From positions 1 through 56,602 of the forward strand of contig JBBTQN010000017.1 in assembly GCA_038065695.1 (NCBI GenBank): a DNA stretch of 56,602 bases. The letters are read 5' to 3'. Both the position numbers and the translations under genes were made by a program. The stretch comes from Patescibacteria group bacterium (GTDB lineage: Bacteria > Patescibacteriota > Patescibacteriia > 2-01-FULL-39-33). The notes under the pieces are model-generated. The model saw only the letters and a list, made by a program, of their open reading frames with translations, was not told the origin of the DNA and ran no database searches. Positions 27,062 through 35,944 of this stretch are shown here, piece by piece. Numbering within the stretch: the stretch's first letter is position 1; each line of letters starts with the position of its first letter.

Positions 27062-27187
27062 TGTCATTGCGAGGAGCACGCCGAGCTCAAGCGAGGCGAG
27101 CGGACGAAGCAATCCCATTTGTTTCAAACAGGAGATTGCTTCGGTCGTCCAGCCACAGGCCTGCGGCTGGACTCCCTCGCAATGACA
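27062..27187. repeat. TGTCATTGCGAGG...CCTCGCAATGACA REP/MITE-like element
   Basis: 13-bp terminal IR; internal GAAGCAATC/GATTGCTTC IR. Confidence 0.9.
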
Positions 27188-27201
27188 ATAATTAGTTATT
27201 T

Positions 27202-28794
27202 TTATTTTAAAATACGATACAAACTCTCCTTCTCGTTTATTTTTTTTACTAATTCATATTTTAAATTGGAATTATTTTTAATATACTCCACTTCCCTGCC
27301 GTTATCAATATCATAAAAATAAACCGGCGCGACGGCGGCGATTTTTCCAATATCGGCCAAAAATCTCGGCTCTTGCCAATAAAAAATCACTTTTCTTCTC
27401 GGGAAAAACATTTTGTCGCTGTAGCTGGAAATAATAACCGAATCGGTTTCCGTGACCGAGCTGACTTCCTTATTTATTAATTGATAATTTTTGACGGTTT
27501 TAATTATAGAAGATAAGCTCTCTTCGCCGGCAAAAAAAACAGAATTAATAGATAGTCCGATAAAAGCAATCAGCGCGACTGAACCGATGGCAAGCCGCGC
27601 CTTTTTAATTTTTATTCTTGACAAGATAAAATCGGCAAAATAAACCAACAGCGGCAAGGACATGATGTAAATCGGCAAAAGATACCTCGCTTGCGAAGAG
27701 CCAATGAGCGGCTTCATCATCAAATTATTGTAAAAAAACCAGCTGCCATAATAAAGACAAATCAAAAAAGAAACCGCGAAAAAAGAAATAAAATAAATTT
27801 TAATTTTTTTCTCAAAATTCTTCCGCCAAAAGATAATGACGGTGAGAGCGCCAAAAAATGCCGGCCAAAAAAGCCACCAAAACATCTGAACGAAATAGTG
27901 ATAGATATTGAAGGCGACATTTTCCAAATTAAAGCCGAAAGGAGCGATAAACTGCTTAAACCAAAAGACCATCGGACTGGCCCCGGCGGATTTCTCCAAA
28001 ATCTTCGGCGCGTAGCCGACGGCAAACGGGCTGCCAAAAAGCTGATTTTGAAAAAATAAAATCGGAATAAAAGGCAAAAAAACAAAAACTGCGAAAATAA
28101 TAATCGGCCAAAATTGTTTTTTATTTCGGCCGGAAAAAAAGCAGACGAGCGATAAAACACCGACCCATAAAGCGTCACTGGTCCTCATTGTCAAAGCCAA
28201 GCCGATTATTAATCCGCCAAAAATCAAAAACAAAATCTTTTGCCGGCTTTGGCTTCGGCGTAAAAAATACCAGCCGATAATTAGAAAATCAACGAATAAA
28301 ACATTATTAAAGAGCGAACGGCTGTTGTAATACCAAAAAGCCGGCAAAAAAAGGAGTAAGAGAGCCGACCAGAAAGCGATTTTATCGCCAAAAATTTCCT
28401 TAATTAGGAAATAGAAGCAGAGGACGGTAAAAATAGAAAAGAAAGGGATAACAGCAAAAGCGAAGGCGGGAGTGATGATTTTTGAAACTGCGCCCTCAAA
28501 AAGAATAAAACCCAAGAAAGTGCCGGGAGCGATACTTTCTCCTATCACGGTCGTCCCGCGCGGATGGACTAATTTAAAATCGCTTAAATTATTTAAAGGT
28601 TCGTCTTGAGTTAGATTCCCTGACTGCGAAAACTGGTCAATAAAGAAATAATTGGCGGTTTCGTCCGGCGTATTAAAAATCCACATCTCGCTCCCTTGCG
28701 CCTCCGGGCGAAGGAAAAAATAGGGGTAAGAGTAAATGAAGAAAAAAACAACAGCTAAAACTATAAGTATAACATTTTTTTTACCTTTACCCAT
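27202..28794 (-). CDS. GT-C (family 39 / ArnT-PMT-like) polytopic glycosyltransferase
   Basis: TPDETAN loop, many TMs, RYLLP; ATG at 28794 preferred as start. Confidence 0.8.
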   Translation of the reverse strand: MGKGKKNVILIVLAVVFFFIYSYPYFFLRPEAQGSEMWIFNTPDETANYFFIDQFSQSGNLTQDEPLNNLSDFKLVHPRGTTVIGESIAPGTFLGFILFEGAVSKIITPAFAFAVIPFFSIFTVLCFYFLIKEIFGDKIAFWSALLLLFLPAFWYYNSRSLFNNVLFVDFLIIGWYFLRRSQSRQKILFLIFGGLIIGLALTMRTSDALWVGVLSLVCFFSGRNKKQFWPIIIFAVFVFLPFIPILFFQNQLFGSPFAVGYAPKILEKSAGASPMVFWFKQFIAPFGFNLENVAFNIYHYFVQMFWWLFWPAFFGALTVIIFWRKNFEKKIKIYFISFFAVSFLICLYYGSWFFYNNLMMKPLIGSSQARYLLPIYIMSLPLLVYFADFILSRIKIKKARLAIGSVALIAFIGLSINSVFFAGEESLSSIIKTVKNYQLINKEVSSVTETDSVIISSYSDKMFFPRRKVIFYWQEPRFLADIGKIAAVAPVYFYDIDNGREVEYIKNNSNLKYELVKKINEKESLYRILK

Positions 28795-28817
28795 ATGTAA
28801 TAATTGACTCAAAAAAA

Positions 28818-29306
28818 TTAAAAAATCAAAGTTAAAAATTGCGTCAGCCAAACAAGCGCGTGAGCCACTTTTGAACCATTAAGCGGGCCTACCAGCCAAG
28901 AAAAATTGCCGCCAAATTTAGCCACGGCGAAAATCGCCACGCCGAGAATCAACACGCCGCCGACCAGACCGAGGACCAGACCGGCCAGGCGGTTGATTGA
29001 TTTAAGAAAGGGAATGATTGAAACCAAATTAAAAAATTTCTCCACCAGCCAGAAGATCAGGCCGACCAGGCGGTCAACTAAAATAAAAACGACGACAAAA
29101 GCGGTAATTTTTGCCGCCCAGAGATTGCCCAGAAAAATCGGCAAGATCCAATCCGCCGCCGCGCCGGAAAAATTACTCGCCGCCCAAAAGCCGGCGATAA
29201 TTCCCAAGACCGCTCCCAGAGTACGGATAAAACCCAAAGCAAAGCCGAACGCGGCGAAAAAAACCAAAATCGCGACGAGAATCAAGTCAACGAGGGTAAA
29301 AAGCAT
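28818..29306 (-). CDS. cvpA: CvpA family membrane protein
   Basis: VDLIL...GFALGFIR; INRLAGLVLG. Confidence 0.85.
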   Translation of the reverse strand: MLFTLVDLILVAILVFFAAFGFALGFIRTLGAVLGIIAGFWAASNFSGAAADWILPIFLGNLWAAKITAFVVVFILVDRLVGLIFWLVEKFFNLVSIIPFLKSINRLAGLVLGLVGGVLILGVAIFAVAKFGGNFSWLVGPLNGSKVAHALVWLTQFLTLIF

Positions 29307-29314
29307 ATTTTTAT

Positions 29315-30826
29315 TTAAATTCTTGGAAAAAGATTGGCTCCTTTTTCCACCTTAGTCCCCGGTTCCAATCCGCCCCAATCTTTGAGCTCGGCCAATTTTC
29401 TGTTTTTCCAATCACTCTGGCCGAGAAAAGACAAAATACGCTCCGCGGTCTCGGGCATAATCGGATAAAGCATTATCGCCAAATGACGCGCGATTTCCAA
29501 AAGATTGTAAATCACTTTTTTGAGCTCTTCCGGATCAGTCTTTGCCAACTCCCACGGCTTCTGCCGTTCCACATAGCCGTCGCCGAAACCGTTGAGTTTT
29601 TTAATCATCTCAATTGCCGCGTCAATTTGGAATCTGTCCATCGCCTCTTTATATTGCCGCCAGATGCCCGCGACCTCATCGGAGAAAGTATAATCTTTTT
29701 CCGGCACCACGCCACCTCCGCCAGAGGCGGACAAGTATTTTTCCGCCATAGAAAGGACGCGGGAAGTGAAATTGCCGACGCCATTGGCTAAATCGGCATT
29801 GTACTGAATGGAAAAATTGCCCGCCTTGATGTCGCCGTCTTGGCCGAATGGGAATTGCGACAATAATAAATAACGAATTGCTTCCGCGCCGAATGAATCA
29901 ATTAAAGCGTCCGGATCAATAGTGTTGCCGAGCGACTTGGACATCTTCTGGCCGTCCACGGTAAAAAATCCGTGAGCAAAAACCACTTTAGGCGCGGGAA
30001 GCCCAGCGGCAATCAGCATCGCCGGCCAATAAAGCGCGTGAAATTTGATAATATCTTTGGCCATCAGATGGATGTCGGCCGGCCAAAACTTTTTAAATTT
30101 TTCGCCGTCTTCGTCGTAGCCAAGCGCGGAAATATAATTGATGAGCGCGTCCACCCAAACATACGCCACCTGTTTTCTGTCAAAGGGCAGTTCAATTCCC
30201 CATTTGACGCTCTCGCGCGAGACGGAAAAATCATCCAGACCTTGTTTAATCAGTCCCAAGACTTCGCTCCTTCGCGACTCGGGCATAATTTTTATTTTGC
30301 CTTCATCAATCAACTTGGCGACTTTGGACAAATATTCTTTTAGTTTGAAAAAATAATTTTTTTCTTTGATGAGTTGCGGCGCCGTCAGGTGGTCAGGGCA
30401 TTTGCCGTTGACCAATTCTTTCTCGGTTAAGAATCTTTCACAGCCCTGGCAATAAAGTCCTTCATATTCGCCGTCGTAAATCGCGCCCGCTTCTTTGAGC
30501 CGACCCAAAAACTTTTCCACGCCTTTAATGTGAAGTTCGTCGGTCGTGCGAATGAATTGATTGTGAGAAATATCCAATCGATCCCAAAGCATTTGAAATT
30601 TGGCGGCGTTTTCATCGCAAAATTCCTTGGGCGATTTACCCGCGGCTTGCGCCGCTTCGGCAATCTTACTGCCGTGCTCATCCGTGCCCGTCAAAAAATA
30701 CACTTCGTCCCCCGCCAAGCGATGATAGCGCGCCAAAACATCAGCCGCGATGGTCGTATAAGCGTGGCCAATGTGGGGCTTATCGTTGACGTAATATATT
30801 GGTGTGGTGATATAGAATTTCGGCAT
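29315..30826 (-). CDS. metG: Methionine--tRNA ligase
   Basis: YITTPIYYVN..PHIGHAY, GTDEHG, YVWVDAL, KMSKS. Confidence 0.98.
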   Translation of the reverse strand: MPKFYITTPIYYVNDKPHIGHAYTTIAADVLARYHRLAGDEVYFLTGTDEHGSKIAEAAQAAGKSPKEFCDENAAKFQMLWDRLDISHNQFIRTTDELHIKGVEKFLGRLKEAGAIYDGEYEGLYCQGCERFLTEKELVNGKCPDHLTAPQLIKEKNYFFKLKEYLSKVAKLIDEGKIKIMPESRRSEVLGLIKQGLDDFSVSRESVKWGIELPFDRKQVAYVWVDALINYISALGYDEDGEKFKKFWPADIHLMAKDIIKFHALYWPAMLIAAGLPAPKVVFAHGFFTVDGQKMSKSLGNTIDPDALIDSFGAEAIRYLLLSQFPFGQDGDIKAGNFSIQYNADLANGVGNFTSRVLSMAEKYLSASGGGGVVPEKDYTFSDEVAGIWRQYKEAMDRFQIDAAIEMIKKLNGFGDGYVERQKPWELAKTDPEELKKVIYNLLEIARHLAIMLYPIMPETAERILSFLGQSDWKNRKLAELKDWGGLEPGTKVEKGANLFPRI

Positions 30827-30837
30827 AATTTTAAAAT

Positions 30838-31518
30838 TTATCTCCCTCTAATAATAACCACAAATTCTCCTTTCTCCGAACTTTTTTTCAGCGCGTCTAA
30901 AATCTCTCTTGCCGTGCCTCGGTATATTGTCTCAAATTTTTTCGTGAGTTCCCGACAAATAACCATTTTCCGCTCGGGCATTAACTTAATTAATCGTTCA
31001 AGCGTCTTTTCTATCCGATGAGTGGATTCATAAAACACGATTGTTTCATTGCTTTCTAAGATTCTTTTAAAAATTGTTTCTCGGCCTTTTTTGTGCGGCA
31101 GAAATCCTAAAAATAAAAATTTATCCGTCGGCAACCCTGAAACCGACAAAGCCGCGGCAACCGCCGATGCTCCAGGAATGGAGATAATCTCATACCGGTC
31201 CCCTAATTTTTCCACCACCTCGGCGATTAATTTATTCCCCGGATCGGAAATTCCGGGAGTCCCCGCGTCCGTAATTAAAGCGATTTTTTTGCCCTCTTTC
31301 AAAATATCAATTAAAAAGCCGATCTTGCCCGCCCCGCTGTGCTGATGATAAGAAATCATCTTGGTGGCGATGCCATAGTGATCTAAAAGTTTCTTGGAAA
31401 TTCGCGTGTCTTCACAGGCGATAAAATCAACGGATTTCAAAACTGCCAAAGCTCTTAAAGTAATGTCGCCCAAATTGCCAATCGGCGTCGCGACGACATA
31501 TAATTTTCCTTTGTCCAT
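30838..31518 (-). CDS. rsmI: 16S rRNA C1402 2'-O-methyltransferase
   Basis: LYVVATPIGNLGDIT, ACEDTR, DAGTPGISDPG, RELTKKFE. Confidence 0.97.
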   Translation of the reverse strand: MDKGKLYVVATPIGNLGDITLRALAVLKSVDFIACEDTRISKKLLDHYGIATKMISYHQHSGAGKIGFLIDILKEGKKIALITDAGTPGISDPGNKLIAEVVEKLGDRYEIISIPGASAVAAALSVSGLPTDKFLFLGFLPHKKGRETIFKRILESNETIVFYESTHRIEKTLERLIKLMPERKMVICRELTKKFETIYRGTAREILDALKKSSEKGEFVVIIRGR

Positions 31519-31561
31519 ACTTTAAACATTAGCAATTTTAAGCGAAAAAATCAAGAACACA

Positions 31562-31694
31562 TGTCATTGCGAGCCCCTCGGCTACGCTCGGGATAAACTC
31601 CGCGAAGCAATCTCATATTCCCTAAAAATTTTCCTCTTTATTCCTTGGGATCCCCACGGTCGCCCCGCATTTGCGGGGCTCCCTCGGGATGACA
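31562..31694. repeat. GTCAT...ATGAC REP/MITE-like element
   Basis: Homologous to 21322-21475 including the core TTCCTCTTTA..CC.TGGGATCCCCA. Confidence 0.85.
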
Positions 31695-31708
31695 TCAATA
31701 GATAAATC

Positions 31709-31741
31709 AAAAAACCAGCCGGCGGAAATCGCCGGCTGGCT
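31709..31741 (-). terminator. Intrinsic terminator
   Basis: CCAGCCGGCG...CGCCGGCTGG with an A-tract on the left. Confidence 0.8.
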
Positions 31742-31752
31742 GTTAAAATTCA

Positions 31753-32637
31753 CTATTGGGCTGGCGTCACGCTGGTGTTCGTGTTAGTAGTAGGAATAGT
31801 GACCGTCACCACCTTCTTCTTAGTCAAGTCATAGTAAGTCCCCATCTCATCCATCTTGGTAAAAATATAAGTGCCATCATCGGCAATCTTGCCGACCTGC
31901 GGCCAAATCTGAACTAAATTGCTGTACTCGGATATTTCGCCGGTAAGAATCAATGTCGGCACCGCTGTAATGGCGTACTTCGCCACCAGCGCTTTGCCTT
32001 CATCGCTGGAAACATCAATCGTTTTTGAATCAGTCAGAGTGACGCCCAAATTGGTCAGAGCTTGATTATGCAGGGCGACATCGTAGCACTCCTTGCAGGC
32101 AGTATCGCTAAGAAAAATCCCCGAAACTTTTCCTTTCAACTCGCCGGTCGCCACATCAATGTAAGGCGGAATCACTTGGCGCAAAACGAAAACTTTATCC
32201 ACGATCTCGCCCAAGGCCGACCAGGCTTGTTTCAAGGTGTCATTTTTTTCCAAATCGCCGGAGACCAAAACCGTCGGGATTTTGGTGATTTTATATTGGT
32301 CAATTATTTTTTTAGTTGCGGCATCGTCAATATAGAGAGTAGAGCGGCCGACTTCTTTGACCTTATTGCCTTTAATCGCGTCAAAAAACAAATTTATGTC
32401 CCAGCAACCGGCGCAATCCTTTTTGGTAATGATGGTGTAACGCAGTTTGACTTCATCACCAGCGGACGAAAGGCCCTCGCTTTGGCCACTAAACTCGCCT
32501 TGGCCCCTAAAAAAGATAAAAAAGACCGCCAAACCGGCGACGACTAAAACCGCGGCGGCGCCTCCACCCCAAATTAAGCCCTTGGTTAGAGCGCTTTTCG
32601 TCCCCTCCCCCTCCTTCTTTTTGAAAATTTTAAACAT
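31753..32637 (-). CDS. Membrane-anchored protein with two thioredoxin-like CxxC repeats
   Basis: TM; CAGCWD...YKITKIPT and CKECYD...YAITAVPT. Confidence 0.75.
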   Translation of the reverse strand: MFKIFKKKEGEGTKSALTKGLIWGGGAAAVLVVAGLAVFFIFFRGQGEFSGQSEGLSSAGDEVKLRYTIITKKDCAGCWDINLFFDAIKGNKVKEVGRSTLYIDDAATKKIIDQYKITKIPTVLVSGDLEKNDTLKQAWSALGEIVDKVFVLRQVIPPYIDVATGELKGKVSGIFLSDTACKECYDVALHNQALTNLGVTLTDSKTIDVSSDEGKALVAKYAITAVPTLILTGEISEYSNLVQIWPQVGKIADDGTYIFTKMDEMGTYYDLTKKKVVTVTIPTTNTNTSVTPAQ

Positions 32638-32698
32638 AAAAATTGGATTATTAATTAGACAGTTTAATTATAACAATAAGGTCTCAAAATAGCAAAAC

Positions 32699-33445
32699 TT
32701 ATTCGCCAACGATTTTAACCGCGAGCATAAAGCCCAAAGCCAGAATAAAAATTAAAAAGGAAACGGCGGAACTCAATGGCTTTTTTTCCTGATGGAGCTC
32801 GGGAATGAGGTCGGAGGCGGCGATATAAATAAAACCGCCGGCGGCGACCGGCAAAAGGAATTTTTCAAAACCGGCGTTCAAATCGGAAAAGAAAAAGGCC
32901 AGAAAAACGCCGGCGAAACTTATAAAAGCCGAAATAAAATTAAAAAAAAGGGCTTTCGTCCGGCTGAATCCCGAATAAATCAAAACGCCGAAATCAGACA
33001 GCTCCTGCGGAATCTCGTGGGAAATAATAGACAAAGTGACGGGCACGCCCAACTGCGGTCCGATCAAAAAAGCGCCGAAAATAATCATCCCGTCAATCAA
33101 ATTGTGGATGCCGTCCCCAATCAGATTCATCCAGCCCAAGTGCCGATGCTTCTCACAGCTCTCGTCGTGGCAATGGCGCCAACGCAAAACTTTTTCAATC
33201 ACGAAGAAAAAAGAAAAGCCGACGAGCAAGGCGCCGAAAAAAGAAAGCGGATTGGCAAATAATTCCAGCCCCTCGGGCATCAAATGAAAAAAAGCTCCGC
33301 CCATCATCGCGCCGGCGGAAAAAGAAACAAAAAAAAGCAAAACTTTTTTCATCGTCTCGCCCCGGATGAAAAAAGCGACGACGCCGACCAGGGAAAGCAA
33401 GCTGACCAAAAAGACGGCGGCCAGAGACCAGACAAGATTGGACAT
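32699..33445 (-). CDS. ZIP family metal transporter
   Basis: FHLMPE, HCH, GDGIHNLIDG, HEIPQELSDF, FIYIAASDLIPELH. Confidence 0.95.
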   Translation of the reverse strand: MSNLVWSLAAVFLVSLLSLVGVVAFFIRGETMKKVLLFFVSFSAGAMMGGAFFHLMPEGLELFANPLSFFGALLVGFSFFFVIEKVLRWRHCHDESCEKHRHLGWMNLIGDGIHNLIDGMIIFGAFLIGPQLGVPVTLSIISHEIPQELSDFGVLIYSGFSRTKALFFNFISAFISFAGVFLAFFFSDLNAGFEKFLLPVAAGGFIYIAASDLIPELHQEKKPLSSAVSFLIFILALGFMLAVKIVGE

Positions 33446-33551
33446 AGATGGATTTACCTTTACGGAATAATTTTAACAGAATAAAAAAAATTAGGCAAAA
33501 ATAAAAAGCCCGTGGCGATTCAAAGAATCCACGGGCGATTAAAAACTGCGG

Positions 33552-33941
33552 CTAAACTGCGGCTTGGCTGGTTTCAACCAGAGATTCCAGCGGCAGTTGG
33601 CAATTGGGAAACGGTTCACTTGGGTGTCTTTGGGCTCCCATTTTCCTAAACATTAATGTCCACCTTAAATCTCCATGACGCTGACATCCCGGCTCTGGAT
33701 TCATCACGATAAAGATGCAGCACTCTTCGCCTTTTCCGCCTCCACACCGTGACATATCCGCTTTTGCCTCTTCTGGCCCTAAAACTTCTAAATCACCTTC
33801 CTCATCTTCCAAACAACAAGTGGTGCCATCATATACAACAAGCACTCCGTCAGGACTGTCATTAATCGTGGGGTTTGACGGACAAACCACTCCTTCTTGA
33901 CCGGTTTTTCTGTTGCGTACTCTTGTCTGGCAAGCAATCAA
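33552..33941 (-). CDS. Cys-rich hypothetical protein
   Basis: AAGGAGGT SD before TTG at 33941; own TTGACA promoter near 34010; terminator near 33504-33537. Confidence 0.7.
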   Translation of the reverse strand: MIACQTRVRNRKTGQEGVVCPSNPTINDSPDGVLVVYDGTTCCLEDEEGDLEVLGPEEAKADMSRCGGGKGEECCIFIVMNPEPGCQRHGDLRWTLMFRKMGAQRHPSEPFPNCQLPLESLVETSQAAV

Positions 33942-34038
33942 TGTAAACACCTCCTTTCCTATTTCTGAAATGTGCTGAAAAGATGGTAGCAAAAAAATAA
34001 TTTTTTGTCAAACACTAACAGATCAACACTAACAGATC

Positions 34039-34067
34039 AAAAAACTCCGGCCTCGGCCGGAGTTTTT
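34039..34067 (-). terminator. Terminator
   Basis: AAAAACTCCGGCC-TC-GGCCGGAGTTTTT. Confidence 0.8.
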
Positions 34068-34076
34068 AAATTAGTT

Positions 34077-34853
34077 TTACATTGCTTTCGGCCCTTTGAC
34101 CGCGTCCGACTGAATCGTCTTGATGGCGTCGGCAACCGTGCTCATGAATTGCGCCGGAAAAATAATCGTGGAATTTTTCTCCACGCTGATTTCCGCCATG
34201 GTTTGAAGCGTTCTTAATTGCAAGGCGACCGGATGCGCGGAAATAATATCGGCCGCTTCGCCGAGTTTCTCGGCGGCTTGGAGCTCGCCTTGAGCCGCCA
34301 CGATTTTCGCCCGTCTTTCTCTCTCGGCCTCGGCTTCCTTAGCCATCGCGCGCTGCATATTGTCCGGCAGGACAATGTCCTTGATTTCCACCGCCGTCAC
34401 TTGCGCGCCCCACGGCTCGGTATGCGCGTCAATCACATTTTTGATTTGCTCGTTGATGTCCGAGGTCTGCGACAAAAGCTGGTCCAAGCTGAACCGGCCG
34501 ACCACATTTCTTACCGTCGTCTGGCTGATTTGATTGACCGCTTGATAAACATTTTCCACGGCGATGACGGATTTCTCCGGATCCACGATGTGATAATAAG
34601 CCACGGCCGCGATGTCAATGGACACATTGTCTTTGGTAATGATTTTTTGCGACGGGATGTCCATCGTAATGGTTCGAAGCATCACCCGAGTCATCCGTTC
34701 AAAAACCGGAATTAAAATAATCAAGCCGGGACCCCGAACGCCGGTAAATCTTCCCAAGAAAAAAATCACGCCGCGCTCGTATTGCTTGACGACTTTAAGC
34801 GAGAGAGCAAGAAGAAAGATAACCACTACCGCTATTACCCATAGATAGCCCAT
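34077..34853 (-). CDS. SPFH/stomatin (slipin) family protein
   Basis: VVKQYERGV, ITKDNVSI, QTTVRNVVG, AMAKEAEAERERRA, LQLRTLQT. Confidence 0.96.
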   Translation of the reverse strand: MGYLWVIAVVVIFLLALSLKVVKQYERGVIFFLGRFTGVRGPGLIILIPVFERMTRVMLRTITMDIPSQKIITKDNVSIDIAAVAYYHIVDPEKSVIAVENVYQAVNQISQTTVRNVVGRFSLDQLLSQTSDINEQIKNVIDAHTEPWGAQVTAVEIKDIVLPDNMQRAMAKEAEAERERRAKIVAAQGELQAAEKLGEAADIISAHPVALQLRTLQTMAEISVEKNSTIIFPAQFMSTVADAIKTIQSDAVKGPKAM

Positions 34854-35063
34854 ATTTTTGGTTTTTAAAATAATAAATGTATATAAAACGCTGATTTTCG
34901 GCCGACTTCAATTAAAAACAGAATACCACTCCGTCCCTATTCCGTCAAAGGCTTTTTAAAAATTGTTACGCAACAAGCTACATGGCAATTAACAGTTGAC
35001 AAAATCATTCTTTTGATATATGATGGATTATTGAATAATCAACCAAATAAGGAGGGTGGATTG

Positions 35064-35360
35064 ATGTTGCCATCGCCGCAAAAAAGACGGGAAAGACGGA
35101 TGATCGTAAGGGTGTTTATTGTTACCGTGATCATCTCCCTTTTAATGGCGTGGATATTAGAACAAAAAGTATATCCCTATTGGAAGGAGGAGAGGGCAAA
35201 GGCGCTGGAGATGTTCCAGAAAGAGGAGCCCCTCTCCGAAGAGCAGAAAGAACTCTGGTATAAGCATCAGGGCGGCACGCTCAGCCCGGACAGTCTATAC
35301 TTGCTGTCTGGGGACATTAAGGCGAAAGAGCGGCGAGAAAAAGAAAAACAAAAAAATTAG
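35064..35360 (+). CDS. Single-TM hypothetical protein
   Basis: TTGACA-17-TATGAT promoter, AAGGAGG SD, terminator at 35393-35420. Confidence 0.7.
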   Translation: MLPSPQKRRERRMIVRVFIVTVIISLLMAWILEQKVYPYWKEERAKALEMFQKEEPLSEEQKELWYKHQGGTLSPDSLYLLSGDIKAKERREKEKQKN

Positions 35361-35526
35361 TTGAGGCCTTCTAAAGACCCCAACCCAACACCAGCTCCGA
35401 CAAACGGCCGGAGCTCTTTTATTTTGGATAAAAAATCCGCCTTATTCCGGACACGGCGCGAACTCGCAATTCGGACCGACTCGGCCGACCGGCCGAGCCA
35501 TCCGGAAACAGCTTCGCCTCCATTTC

Positions 35527-35682
35527 TTACTTCCAATCCTTAATAACAATACTCCGCCCTTTGAGGGTGACGACGAGTTTTTGCTTCTCTCTGATTTTAA
35601 GCTCGTCCACGATTTCCGCGGGGATATTGACGGACAAGCTCCTTCTGCCCGCGCGCGTCGCTTTGCGAATGTATTTTTCCAT
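35527..35682 (-). CDS. AbrB/MazE/SpoVT-like DNA-binding protein, copy 1 (51 aa)
   Basis: MEKYIRKATRAGRRSLSVNIPAEIVDELKIREKQKLVVTLKGRSIVIKDWK; paralog of 43306-43464; not in the ORF track. Confidence 0.85.
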   Translation of the reverse strand: MEKYIRKATRAGRRSLSVNIPAEIVDELKIREKQKLVVTLKGRSIVIKDWK

Positions 35683-35689
35683 AAATTTG

Positions 35690-35717
35690 TTTGCTACGCA
35701 GCATGCTGCGTAGCAAA
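35690..35717. repeat. Perfect 28-bp palindrome TTTGCTACGCAGCATGCTGCGTAGCAAA
   Basis: Further copies at 41099-41124 and 43472-43497. Confidence 0.95.
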
Positions 35718-35944
35718 ATAAGGAGTTAGTTTAGCATACCTTGATTATAACAAATTATGTTAAATTAAATCAAAAATCGCCCAAGAGGACGATTTTATTC
35801 AAGCACTCCCCCGTCGTCATTGACAAAACCGACCCTGAATATTAAGCTGTAATCAGAATATTGTGTCTTTAATGGAGGGCAATATTTTTTGTCCCTTACA
35901 ATTTAGAAAACTAGAAAAACAACCGCAAAAACGAGGAGGTAAAT

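Noticed and set aside
34011-34038. 14-bp tandem duplication AACACTAACAGATC
   Set aside because: Only two copies; looks like ordinary slippage
35527-35682. Type II toxin-antitoxin pair
   Set aside because: No PIN, MazF or Doc toxin next to either AbrB-like gene
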